This document shows, in pieces, positions 23,421-52,925 of a stretch of DNA of 64,000 bases (positions are counted from its first letter, which is position 1; every line of letters starts with the position of its first letter). Position numbers and translations under genes: made by a program. Source of the stretch: Eledone cirrhosa (Eukaryota); the NCBI GenBank assembly GCA_964016885.1, contig OZ024756.1, positions 36,704,001 through 36,768,000 on the forward strand, read 5' to 3'. The notes under the pieces were generated by a model. That model saw nothing but the letters and a program-made list of their open reading frames with translations, was not told the origin of the DNA and searched no databases.

Positions 23421-24914
23421 TGAACTGATAAACTTTTAAAATATGTGTTTTTTCTTGAAAAATATGAAAATTTTGAAATATCAAACTCCTGACCACAAAC
23501 CCAAACTTCTGATTAAATAATAGTATTTTTTTTTATAATAATGGGATATAACAAACCAGTAAATGACTCTTAGAACCGGGGAACAAAAAATATATAGAAG
23601 AGGAAGAAAAATTATTAGTTTTTACATACATATTTAGAGAGGAGAATTCATGTCTCTGTCGGTGTTTGACATTCGTTGTTAGTTGACTGACTGAAATAGT
23701 AGTTTTAATTTTTGGGGGTTTTGACTGGTAGTAGTAGGGGGAGACGGAGAAGTGGTGTGGGGAAGAAGAAGAAGGATAGAGGTGTAGTAGCAATCTTTCA
23801 CAAATGGCTACACAGGCGAGATGGGATTGGTTTGAATGGTTGAGTGACTTTAGATTTGAACAGGAAGGTGATTGATTCAAGTTATTTTTAGAAACAAATC
23901 TAATAGCAGGTTTAACAAGTTATTATTAATATATATTATTATTATTAATCTTTCATCCTTACGGGGTCGATAAAATAAAGTACCAGTAATGCACTGGATA
24001 ATTGCTGGCCTTGTGCCAAAAGAAGAAACAATTATTATTAATATATATATATCATGTTTAACTAGAGTTATTACAATTGTTGCCTTAAAAAAATATTAAA
24101 CTAGACCTGAAAAATGCGCAAGCTCAAAAGAGCCACAGAATGTTATAATAAACCTTCAAAAGTGTGGGACTAGAGTCGTTGCTCAAAAATATTGTAATCA
24201 TTATCTATCGTACACTCTGTGGCATCCTTTTATAAAAAAGAGACTCATAACGAACTCAAGACGACACGATAATTATTTAAGTGAATTTATAATATAGAAT
24301 TCGGTTTAAGTGCATATCGTATTAATCATTACTAAACATCTAATATGAGATATTGAACATTAGCTTAAATAATTATCGTGTGTTCTTGAGTTCGTTATGA
24401 GTCTCTTTTTTATAAAAGGGTTCCACAGAGTGTACGATAGATAATGATTACAATATTTTTAAGCACCAACTCTAGTCCCACACTTTTGAAGGTTTATTAT
24501 AACATTCTGTGGCTGTTTTGAGCTTGCGTATTTTTCAGGTCTAGTATATAATTCAACATTTGTCAATTTTGAGCACTTAGCGTTTCTTAGTTTTGAAGCT
24601 ACTAAAAGTTTTGTGATGGAAACATTATGGCTGTTACTGTACATGCATATGAAGTTATGTTTTCACACGAATTTATCTCATGTTATTGAGAATGTACTTT
24701 ACAAAATGATAGCAGGTTTAACAAGTAGAAACCAAATGATAGCAGGTTTAACAAGTTGAAAATTAGATCATAAATTATTTAATAAAATACACTAGATATA
24801 AAACAATGACAATTTAGTTTATAACCATATTGAACTCTACCAGGCTCCTCTCTAACATATCATAAAATAATTTCTCATTACTATTCGGAAAACTTGAAAA
24901 GATAGTGTGGGTGG

Positions 24915-25230
24915 ATCATGGCATCGATATTAAGGCCTGCATTCCGAGTGTTCTGTTGTATTCTTCGGAGACGTGGACAGTACATCGTAGACACCTTAAT
25001 TTGCTTGAACACTTTGATCAAAAATGTTTAAGACGAATCCCAAACATGAAATGGCAACACAAATTACCCGACTCACAAATCCTTATAGATGCTGGTTGCA
25101 CGAGCATTGAATCTACCATCATATCCTCTGAAATATGTTGGGTAGGCCATGTTGTGCGCATGAATGAGGAAAGACTCCCAAAACAACTATTTTACAGACA
25201 ATTGCACGCTGGAAACGCCCTAAAATGAGG
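24915..25230 (+). mobile_element. RTE-clade LINE RT C-terminal fragment
   Basis: LLYSSETWTV.RRHL..LE.F.QKCLRRI...W; WVGHVVRM.EERLPKQLFY. Confidence 0.85.
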
Positions 25231-26233
25231 CAAAATGGGGAGATTTTACATAATGAAGGCTATACCCATTTTCACAAGAGAAGACATCTCTCACCCACCT
25301 CAAAATGGGTTGGATATCTCCATGTCGGATGGGGAGATTTGACTGGTCTGAAGATGTCACATGAATATTTATAAGTATTCATTCTCAAAGCTTTGGTGAC
25401 CTTTAAGCTATAGTGACCTTTGGTGACCTTTATACTACAACGGGAGTTGCAACTACGAAGTCTTGCTTATGTCAGCATAAAGATAAAACTTACTTAACTA
25501 ATGTACTCTCACGAAATAATATTTAAATACTGAGAGTAAATATAATTGGAATAAATTAAATTATATACACACTCAAATAAATAATTAAGGTTATTAATTC
25601 AACACGTAAGTCTTTCTTAGAGAAATGATCTAAATACACAACAAGATAATGACTGTTTATCTAAACAGACACAGATGAAAACCTAGTAAGATATCAACTT
25701 TGAAGCAACACCAGGTTCCTCGCTACGTAACTTCAACTCTATCTTCTTATTCACAAGGTAATGTTGTGATAATCTATATAATCTATAATCTATTTATTGA
25801 TATATTGCTTCTTGATCACATAATGTTTATCCATTTTATAACAAACTAACAGAGGCACCCGGCGTTGCCCGGGAATGAAGTTGTTCCTTATATATTAGAA
25901 GAAAAAATCTGTTTGTGGGAATGTATGTGTTTGTATGAAAGTTTGTGTATTTATGTGAATGTATGTATGTGTTTGTGTGAAAGTATGTGTATTTGTGTGA
26001 ATATATCTATTTTTGTGTGTCTGTGTTTGTGCGATTATAGTTATATACTCATACATATAAATGTATGTATATCCAAAAGAACGTAAAAGGCGATAACTCT
26101 ATGCCGCTAAGCATGTTGTCCAACACTCTACTGATTTTGCCAATCCACCGCCCTACCTTCCACCACAAAATAATAACGTTTTCTTTTGTTTTTGTTGTTT
26201 TCTCAAATATTTTCAGTAAAATACCTTCCCAAC

Positions 26234-41629
<15,396 letters not shown>

Positions 41630-41630
<1 letters not shown>

Positions 41631-41835
41631 CAAAAATGTTTCCAGAAATATTTCCAAAAAATATTTCAAAATAATATTTCCAAAAAATATTTCCGAAAAT
41701 ATTTTCAAAAATATTTCCAGAAATATTTTCAAAAAATATTTCCAAAAATATTTTCAAAAAATATTTCCAAAATATATTTCTAAAAATATTTCCAAAAAAT
41801 ATTTCTAAAAGTATTTCCAAGAATATTTCCAGAAT
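41630..41835. repeat. ~13-bp AT-rich tandem repeat in the 3' UTR
   Basis: AATATTTCCAAAA units; paralog at 8735-8882. Confidence 0.8.
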
Positions 41836-43130
41836 AATTTTTTAGCTATTGTTACTGAAGCTTTAACTTTAGGTAGTGATGATACAATAGTATCTTAAAT
41901 ATCAAATGATACATATATATGAATATAGTAAAATAATAAATATATAATATTTATTTATACATAGCATATATTATGCTATTTATAATATATAAATTAATGA
42001 TTTTATTTATTATATATTATTTATAATTTGCGTGTAGGCAGGTCTCTCTAGAAATAGAGTTGGGGCGCTGAGGGTGTTACATGGCCTTGAAGGGGAGCAG
42101 TGGGCAAACAAATTTTATGAACCTCTCCTTTCAGGTCATTTATAGATGTATAATTCATGGTATAATCAGACAATGTTTGAGCCAAAGACGACCTCAATGT
42201 GATCGGTACACATGCCAGAAATTTTTTAATTATCTTCAAAACCACCCTCTGCCCTCTCAATAAATATTTTCAGTTTTATGTAATGATAAGATATTTTAAA
42301 CAATGCAAAATTATCCTCCATTCATGTATATTCCTCTCAATAATTATTCTTAGTTTTATTAAATATAATATTTTTAAAAGTCTATATCATTTCAATATTT
42401 TCTCTGTCTCTTTCACAAATATTTTTTTTTCTAAATATATGTGCTCATTTTTCTGTATTAATGTGTCCCTGAAGAGTACAGGTAAATTACTCCCCATAAT
42501 TCCTGTACTCTGAGTTCAAATTCCAACAAAGTCACCTTTGCTCTTCACCATTTCAGTGTCAAATGGTAGATGGGTGGAATGAATTGTAAGATGCCATGCG
42601 GTATAAGCAATCGTCCACGAAGCTAGCAAGCCACATATGGTCACTCAAAGATGCAGTCATTGAGAGCTCTATTCAATGGAAAGTTCTGACCAAATCTAGG
42701 CCATAGAGAAATGGAAATTTGTCCTAAAAGACTGTGTATCGATGAATGAATGAATACCTTGCAGAGCGTAACAAGGCTGGCCTTTTGAATTACAGGTACA
42801 ATTCATTTTTTCCAGTGGAGTTGACTGGAGTAAAAATATTGAAAGATTGAGCAAACTTATAAAATACATTCCACTGAAACTCATCTCGTACTTTACGGTT
42901 ATCTAGAAGTAAATTAACCAATGTGTCCTTTACTTTATTTGAAGCTCTAATTTCTGATTCAAAGGAAACTTGACTGCTATTTCTAGCAATGTGAAGTGGC
43001 TCTTTTGATGACTGAAAACCGAGAGCTCAAACAGAAAGGAGGAGCATTCTGAATGTGTAATTCTATGTACCGGACTGTATGTACATATATGTGTGAGTAT
43101 ATATATGTGTATATGAACATATAGGTGTGA

Positions 43131-43190
<60 letters not shown>

Positions 43191-44050
43191 GTATGAATAT
43201 GTATGTGTAAAAGAAAACAACTCTGAAGTTACATTGTGTTACATCTGACTTTAATATCTTAATAATCAACAGCAGTTTTAACATTGATAAAATCATGGTT
43301 GTTGATATTGTTAGTTTTTATAGAAATATCATGGCTTATATCCTAATATTGTATCATTGACTCCATACTTTACAGCATAGAGTTACAGCCCTTTACGGTC
43401 TGAGTTCAAATCTTCCCGAGGTTTGCTTTGCCTTTCATCTTTATGGGGTCGGTAAAATAAAGCACCAGTAATGTCTGTGTGTGTGTGTGTGACAGCTCAC
43501 ACCTATGCAGGTTTAGCTGGTCTCCTCCAAGGTATATCTCATTGGATGGTGTCTTGGGTGATTTAATGATAGGGACCCCCAGTATTATCATCTCATTTCT
43601 ACAGCTGAGTAAACTGGATCAACGTGAAATAAAGTGTCTTGCTCAAGGAAACAACACATCACCTGGTCCGAAAATTGAACTCACAACCTTTCGATTGCAA
43701 GCCATGCACCTTCACACCAGTAATACACACCAGTAATACACTGGGGTAATTGCTGGCCTTGTGCCAAAAAGTAGAAACAATTATTATTATTTCAGAGTTC
43801 CGTTAAACATGTATAATTCATTCCACTTCAAAAATAAATACAACCATAGCTTAGATCAGAACAGAGCTTAAAATACACACCATATCATCCATTTATCACT
43901 TCAACACTCGAAAGAAAAAAAAAACCACCACCACTTTCAAAATTAAAAAATGGCAGCTTAAGAGCAACACAGGATATCCTGCTCTGAATCAGTTTCCTTT
44001 GATTATTCTTTTGATGAAAAGATTTTATCCTGAAATTTAAGGATCAATAG

Positions 44051-45452
44051 GGGAGATAAATGTATGATTTCTTCTGTTAAATAACAATGGAGAACCCAAT
44101 CAAAGTAGTTTACCTTCTTTAGTTTACTTCTGATTGATTGACCAGCAAAGGGAGATAAATGTATGATTTCTTCTGTTAAATAACAATGGAGAACCCAATC
44201 AAAGTAATTTACCTTCTTTAGTTTACTTCTGATTGATTGACCAGCAAAGGGAGATAAATGTATGATTTCTTCTGTTAAATAACAATGGAGAACCCAATCA
44301 AAGTAGTTTACCTCTTTAGTTTACTTCTGATTGATTGACCAGCAAGGGGAGATAAATGTATGATTTCTTCTGTTAAATAACAATGGAGAACCCAATCAAA
44401 GTAGTTTACCTTCTTTAGTTTACTTCTGATTGATTGACCAGCAAAGGGAGATAAATGTATGATTTCTTCTGTTAAATAACAATGGAGAACCCAATCAAAG
44501 TAATTTACCTTCTTTAGTTTACTTCTGATTGATTGACCAGCAAAGGGAGATAAATGTATGATTTCTTCTGTTAAATAACAATGGAGAACCCAATCAAAGT
44601 AGTTTACCTCTTTAGTTTACTTCTGATTGATTGACCAGCAAGGGGAGATAAATGTATGATTTCTTCTGTTAAATAACAATGGAGAACCCAATCAAAGTAG
44701 TTTACCTCTTTAGTTTACTTCTGATTGATTGACCAGCAAGGGGAGATAAATGTATGATTTCTTCTGTTAAATAACAATGGAGAACCCAATCAAAGTAGTT
44801 TACCTTCTTTAGTTTACTTCTGATTGATTGACCAGCAAAGGGAGATAAATGTATGATTTCTTCTGTTAAATAACAATGGAGAACCCAATCAAAGTAGTTT
44901 ACCTCTTTAGTTTACTTCTGATTGATTGACCAGCAAGGGGAGATAAATGTATGATTTCTTCTGTTAAATAACAATGGAGAACCCAATCAAAGTAGTTTAC
45001 CTCTTTAGTTTACTTCTGATTGATTGACCAGCAAGGGGAGATAAATGTATGATTTCTTCTGTTAAATAACAATGGAGAACCCAATCAAAGTAATTTACCT
45101 TCTTTAGTTTACTTCTGATTGATTGACCAGCAAAGGGAGATAAATGTATGATTTCTTCTGTTAAATAACAATGGAGAACCCAATCAAAGTAGTTTACCTC
45201 TTTAGTTTACTTCTGATTGATTGACCAGCAAGGGGAGATAAATGTATGATTTCTTCTGTTAAATAACAATGGAGAACCCAATCAAAGTAGTTTACCTCTT
45301 TAGTTTACTTCTGATTGATTGACCAGCAAGGGGAGATAAATGTATGATTTCTTCTGTTAAATAACAATGGAGAACCCAATCAAAGTAGTTTACCTCTTTA
45401 GTTTACTTCTGATTGATTGACCAGCAAGGGGAGATAAATGTATGATTTCTTC
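44051..45452. repeat. 98/99-bp tandem satellite, 14 full units
   Basis: GGGAGATAAATGTATGATTTCTTCTG... recurs at 44051, 44150, 44249, 44347 and onward. Confidence 0.95.
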
Positions 45453-46269
45453 TGGCAGACTGAGCAACGGAAGTAGTTGGAACGGTATTTGATTCCTTCT
45501 GATGTTCATCTCCTCCTGTAGTTATATAACTACAAGAGCGAACTTGTGAATGATTATGTGTGTGTGTGTGTGTGTGTCTTTTCTTTGACCAGCTGAACAG
45601 AATTGTCTTTGATTTATTTCTGAGATAAACAACAGTTTCACGATACCACAGGATCATTATATACATTGGTTAAACTGAGTGTGTTTGTGGTGCCGGATTA
45701 GATTAGTGTAGGGTTTGTATCATATACTAAAAAGAAACCCTAATTTTATTTTTATTTTTAACCCTTTAGCATCTAAACCAGCCATATCCGGCCAGAATCC
45801 TCTCACCTATTTCTGTTCAAACGGGTTGTAATCGGCCTCTCATACTTATGTTAAGGTATTGTTCTAAAAATAAATAATATCAAACTCTCATGGCTTCAGT
45901 ATTGTGTGACATAATTATGTGAAATAAAGTGTTTACCATGGAAATACAATAGTAAATATAGAGTAATGTAAATGCTAATGGGGTAAACGTGACATAAAAG
46001 TTAAAAGATAGTAAAGTGACTTAGCAAAAGACAGCCTGAAAATATGGGGCCAGTACTCTCACTTCTAGGTTACTCCAGCACTACATCTATTGGTAGTTCT
46101 ATTATCTTGAGATGATTATATCTCATTTTAAAATGTTTTCTTTCTTATGTTTTTCATAAAATGTTTTCTTTCTTATGTTTTTATAAAAAACAGAGATAGA
46201 GAGAGAGATCAGGTTCCACCATAAATATTGTTGATTCCCTGCAAAATAACAAAAATACGAGAATATTAA

Positions 46270-46502
46270 TTTCTGGCAATGATCAACTGTCAAAATTTCT
46301 AGCAATCATGAAGGGTCAACATTTCTAGCAATGATCAAGGGTCAAAATTTCTAGCAATGATCAACTGTCAAAATTTCTAGCAATCATGAAGGGTCAACAT
46401 TTCTAGCAATGATCAAGGGTCAAAATTTCTAGCAATCATGAAGGGTTAAAATTTCTAGCAATGATTAGGTGTCAAAATTTTTAGCAATGATCAAGGGTCA
46501 AA
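46270..46502. repeat. 26-bp minisatellite (about 9 units)
   Basis: TTTCTAGCAATGATCAAGGGTCAAAA. Confidence 0.85.
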
Positions 46503-46554
46503 AGAGGGTTGGGTTGAGTTGGGTTGAATGTAGAGTTAATTAAATCAATCAAGC

Positions 46555-46725
46555 TCATCCAACCATCTTGCTCGGGGTCTACCCCTGGGTCTCCTACCGG
46601 TTGGTTTTGACGGTAAAATCTGTCCAGGGATTCTTTCCTGAGACATTCTAACCACATACCCATAGTCTCAGAGGTGTCATCTCTCAATTTGGAGAAGTGG
46701 TGGCTCTACCTGGAGTGACTCTATA
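46555..46725 (-). mobile_element. RTE LINE 3' fragment
   Basis: Nucleotide similarity to 10480-10700; related pieces at 49515-49705 and 50375-50460. Confidence 0.65.
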
Positions 46726-47589
46726 GGTAGGTAGACAGGTAGGTAGGTAGGTAGGTAGATAGGTAGAGAGATTGATAGATAAATAGGAAGGTAAATGGAT
46801 AAACAGGAAAGATAGATATATATATAGGTAGATAAATGAATTAATAGATAAATAGTGACAGAGACAGATAGGCAATAATACACATACACAAATACACACA
46901 TGCAAACACACACATGTGTATTCATTTATAAATATTCATTTAAACAGACATACACATAAAAAGGGCAACTCATGTCCAACGGCATTTTAATCATTTTTTT
47001 AATATTTTTTATTTCCTGCGTCAAACATTAATGGAGGTATTTTTATAAGATATTTTATTAGTCTGATAACAAAAGGAAGGCAAAGCTGATGTTTAATTCA
47101 AATCCTCTTAGCTAAACCATGGTGGGTAAAATATATATATATGCCTAAAGCCCTTAATTTAATAACAAAAGGGTTATTGGACAATGAAAATGACAAAAAG
47201 TTAATCTTTGGATTACAGCTTGTGTTTAAGGTTTTAAGTAATATAAGGTAATAAATCAAATTCAACAGAGCAGAAATATTTTAGGGGTTTTAAATAAATA
47301 CCAGGAAGTGTACAATAAGGAAATATAAATACTAGAAAACATAAAACGATGATGATATATATCTATATGTGTATGTATATATATAAATATATATATATAT
47401 ATATTGTTATGCTTTGGGAGGGTCATGTTGCCAATAAGAAACACATGCACCAGTTGCTTTCACTCCAATTTATTATAAATTAAATTTAGAAATTTCCCAA
47501 AGCATAACAATATCGGTTTCAACACACGTTTTCAGATAAATCAGATAAAGAATCTTGCTAAACAAATCCAGAAACGAAATATATATATA

Positions 47590-47668
<79 letters not shown>

Positions 47669-48164
47669 ATATGTATGAATGTATGTATGTTCTTCTGGTT
47701 TTATAATTTCACAAAGTTTTACCAATAGAGAGAGAGTCGGTTTCTAACATAGACACAAGATTCTCTCATTGGAATTTACACAACATCAACTAGGTAGATA
47801 TGTATGTATGCATGTGTAGATATGGATGTTATTGTATGTGTGGATGTGGATGTTTTGAGTTGTATGTGTGCATGTGTATATGCTTTGTATCTGTACATGT
47901 GTATATGCAGTTATTAGATGCAAAATTTAGGGAGTGTTTTACATATTTTTACTGTTCCATTAATGGATTGGACTTGTAATTTCCTAACTAGTTGTGTTTT
48001 TTCTGTTCCTGTGAAGCCCAGCTTCTCAAGATTTATATTGAGGCAGTTACTAACATATCCCAGTGCCCCAATAATCACAGGCATAAATCAACTGAATAAA
48101 GTTTGATTACCTTCCTTGTTATTTGTCTTCGATACTTCCTTAATTTTTGTATGTATGTATGTAT

Positions 48165-48780
48165 GTCAGGTCACCAGTTGGTGCTACTGGTAACATGTAT
48201 CCCAGTACAACCTGTCCCATGGTCGGGTCGTTGGCGACTAAACTGGCAACCCTACCACCAAGGTTTCTTGGTGAGGAGGGTGACTTTGGACATCCTGCAG
48301 GACTAAAAACAAAACCTGTCAAAGGGCAAAGGAGCTCTTAAGAGTCAATGGCCATCCAAAATCACCGGGAGAGATGACCCCTTAGCCTTTGTCAAGGCAG
48401 AATTCTAGGAGAAGGAAAACTCTGATATAACACCTGCAACTCTGATGGTATCCAATGATGTTGACTTGTTCTTCTTTTTGGTAAATATCATCTTGGTTAA
48501 GAGAGTGGGACTGGCTTTGTGCAGTGCCTTTGCTCACTATAAAAGCTTCACGGCACAGGCATTGCTTTATATCTGGAGATCTCTCTGCACTTGTCGTCAC
48601 ATGGTACCATGGGCCCAGCACTATGTGTCAATAATTGTCACAAGTGTAGTGTTTGTACCAGAGTTTTCAAGTCGCTGGCTGGACTAAAAAGTCACACTCG
48701 TTCAGCGCATCGGTAGGGGTTCTCCTACATGGATATAAAGTAGTGGCCGTACTCGAAAACGAGTTGGCAGCCACCATGTA
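48165..48780 (+). mobile_element. Degenerate RTE-like LINE or derived non-autonomous element
   Basis: Ends in a C2H2-like coding remnant (CSVCTRVFKSLAGLKSHTRSAHR) typical of RTE ORF ends. Confidence 0.45.
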
Positions 48781-49001
48781 TATATATATATAAATATATA
48801 TATATATATTTGTAGTAAGGTTGCTTGGATGCGTCCATAGGGGGTATGCCGATTAGTTCGAATTCATTAGACTATCTGAGGAACTTGCGAATCCAGAGTC
48901 AGGTTCAATCCACAAACATATCGCACCTCGAGCTGTTCACCGGGGAAACATTTGTAATACATAATAAATTGTGTTCCGATACATCACTGATTCTTCGTTT
49001 T

Positions 49002-49115
<114 letters not shown>

Positions 49116-49116
49116 C

Positions 49117-49151
<35 letters not shown>

Positions 49152-49363
49152 CATATATATATATAGTGGCAGAACACTGGAGGGTAATATCCGTAGTGGT
49201 AGAGCACTCAGTCCATGCGACGAGTTAGGTAGAAATGGTTACACAACAGTTAGTTCACCATACTGAGAACAATTGTAATTGTTTCACCTTAGCGGATCCT
49301 CAGCTCGGATCCGCTAAGGTGAAACAATTGTTCTCGGTATGGTGAACTAACTGTTGTGTAACC

Positions 49364-49424
<61 letters not shown>

Positions 49425-51111
49425 TATAATAAAATATATATATAATAAAATGTTGTAGTTTGCTTGAAGCATAGTGTATAATATATAACATTGAAAGAGA
49501 TAGAAGGTAAACTCATGGATGTTATTCAACCATCTACCACGTGGTCTACCCATAGGTCTCTTGCCAGTTGCTTTTGCCCATAAAATCTGTCCAGTGGTTC
49601 TTTCCTGAAACATTCTAATCACATTCCCATAGTATCAAAGAAGTAGCGGCTCTACCTGAAGTGACTCTCTGATCTCCAAGTTACGCACTTTATCGAGTAA
49701 CATTACTCAGAATCGCAACTAATGTTTGAAGCATTAATTTTCAAAACGTTTTTACATAGAATTATGTTGGAAGGTTTTAATATGTTTTGTATTATAGAAC
49801 CAGAGCTGGTTTCAGGTGGTTTGATATCAATATATATTCTGTTTATAAAATCTGTAAGACTTTAGAGATTTTTCCTATCTTATTATCTAGGGAAAAGTAA
49901 GTGACTGATGATGAATAATAACTACGAAATACACTGATACTGGGATAGGTGTGATATGATCACAGCTTAAAATACTCTCAATTAGGATAAATTAATGTTT
50001 ATGTATAGCCCTTTAGCATTTAAACTGGCCATATCTGGCTAGAATTCTCTCACCTCTTTCTGTTCAAACCGGCTGTAATTGGCTGTAACCAGCTGCTCAA
50101 GTAAAGAAATCTTTTAAAAATACATACCTGGTATTTGAGTTAAATAACAGAATAAGACATTGTTATCTTCTAAAATGGTTTACTGGTTGGTTGGCTGGCT
50201 GTTTAAGAGGTTCCTGAGAATTTGGAGGTAATTAGTCAAATAACTAACTTTCTCCTTATAAAGCTGGTGTATGGAATATAACTTAACAACGGTTCATATA
50301 TAAAATGATGGTGGAAGAGGTTTTTAGACAATCATAAACATTTAAAAAATAAACAGCTAGTCTTGCTTGTGGATCCATCTGGATCAGTTGGAGACGGTTG
50401 CTTCTGACAGGACCCACTGTAAGGAGTGTTTGAGGACTCTGCCCCCACCACGACCCTTTCAGGAATAGGTGGGTGAATAAGAAGAACAAGAACAACAACT
50501 TTGTCTCATAAAACCAAGGATAGTTTGTTCATCAAAAGAGTTACTTACATTGGTGTTTTGGAATGTAACTTAACAAATGTTTATACATAAAATTACATAT
50601 ATATAATGAAAATTATTGTGTACAGTGCACCGGTGCACTACAACTCATCAAAGGTGTAAAATAATGTACAAATGTCAGGAAAGTAAACAGTGTATGAGTC
50701 ATGATATACACACACACAGACACATGCATGTGTGTGTATGGAGGAGGAATATCAGGTGTAGTGTTGGTGAATTTCAGGAAGCATGAAAGTTTCGAAGGAT
50801 GCCGTGACCCAACAGCTAACAACTGATGCAGGTAGTTTGTTCCATGTTTCAACAATTCTGAGCATGAAAAAATGTTTCCAAAAGTCATGGGAGCTGTGCT
50901 GTTTAATGATTTTGATGAAAACTTTTTAGGTAACCTTCCATATATATATTTAAATACACAGCTTTGGACCAGAGAACCAAGGGAGAGTTTCAGGTAGTTT
51001 GGTATGTGAAGTGTGTTAAACCCTCCAGGAGCGTGACAGGAACATGTCTTCTGTCTCTCTATTTTCTAGTTGTTTGATAAATTGGGTTGTGTTGGTGAGG
51101 TGATTGCTGTT

Positions 51112-51143
<32 letters not shown>

Positions 51144-51184
51144 TGCAGTAACTGCAGAAATAGCAATAGCAGCAGCAGCAGCAA

Positions 51185-51236
<52 letters not shown>

Positions 51237-51894
51237 GGAAGAGGAAGAGAAGAAAGAAGGAAGAGGAAGTATATCAAAGTTAGGAATAACTTTAGATCAA
51301 GGATTGAGGTAATATGATTGGTTAATCCATGGGAAAATAGGGGGCATGTGTGTGTGTATGGGTGTGTGTGTGTGTGTGTGCAGCCCTCCCCCTCACCGGA
51401 TTTATCGGGGGGGGGGGGGGAATGCCCAAGGGCTCCCCCTCATCAAACAGAGCCCCCTCCTCCCACCTCCTATTCGAAGAGGGCCCCTTATTGTACGTCT
51501 TGTGTTTATGTGTACGAATCGAACACACTTCGCTAGATTTATAACGTACGAGTAATTAGACGACGAACCCCGGCTGATTTGAGAGAAAATCTGGCCATTG
51601 GAAGATAAATGCGTGTGTGCAGATATTTAATTCAAATTTGATCAAGAGGAGATAATTAGTAATTCTAAAGTAGTCAACGGTCGTCTGTTGATTGGAGCTG
51701 AACAAGTTTAAAACTTCTCAAAACTAATGAAAACATACATTAGCAGCAATTGAATGAATTAGAAAAACTGGAGTGTTAATAGTCGATTGTTACAGTTTCG
51801 ATGGTTTTACCATTTACCCTTGTGTTAGAGGTAGAAACCCAATAAAACACACCACTGTCAGTGACTCTTTAGTCTTTTAAATAATTATAATAAT

Positions 51895-52190
51895 AATGAA
51901 ATTATTGTGTACAGTGCTCAGGTGCACTACAACTCATCAAAAGTGCATGTATAGCACATAGAATAATGTACAAATGTCAGGAAAGGGAACAGTGTATGAG
52001 TCATGATAAACATGTATGCGTGTGTATGGAGGGGGGATATCAGGTGCAGTGAAGTTCAGGAAGCATAGAAGTTTTAAAGGGTGCAGTGTCTCGACAGCAA
52101 ACAACTGATGCAGGTAGTTTGTTCCATGTTTCAGCAACTCTCAGCGTGAAAAAATGTTTCCGAAAGTCATGGGAGCTGTGGTGTTTTCTT
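51895..52190 (-). mobile_element. CR1-like LINE 3' end
   Basis: Minus strand reads HDFRKHFFTLRVAETWNKLPA, then a 3' UTR and (ATT)n tail; sister copies at 50605-50900, 60415-60678 and a stub at 57580-57616. Confidence 0.7.
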
Positions 52191-52863
52191 ACATCCGATA
52201 TTAACAAAATAAACAACATTATTTTGGAAGTATCGGTAGAGAGTCGGACACCATGCTTTGAAGCATAGAGTTACGTCCCTTTCTGATCTGAGTTCAAATC
52301 CCGCCGAGGTTAACTTTGCCTTTCATCCTTAATTTGTCGATAAAATAAAGTACCAGTAATGCACTGAGATAATTGCTGACCTTGTGCCAAAAATAGAAAC
52401 AATTATTATTATTATTTTCAACCCAAATAAAATTACTTTATAGAACCCACAATGAAAAAAATAAACACTCATACAATTATTCGTATTAGAGTTACCCTCG
52501 ATTGTAGTGGGAGTAACTCCTCGTGGCACCATAGTTACAGACACACGCACGCAGTCTTTTGATAGTGTGGCTGCATATATATATATATATATATATAGTA
52601 TTAAGGATACTATTTATGGTTATGTATATACTAAAACTTATTATAGTTATATATATTTTAAACCCTAAACAGTGAAAGACAGTAATTTATTACTACCTTA
52701 TTACCAGTAAGATAAATAGCTCAATGTAATAACATCAGTTGTTCTACAGAGCAGTTATATAGAAATCACATGAATCAAAGTTCTGTTCAAACCATTTATT
52801 AGCTTACAATTGTTTCGTCCAAACCGTAAGCTAATAAATGGTTTGAACAGAACTTTGAGTCAT

Positions 52864-52925
<62 letters not shown>

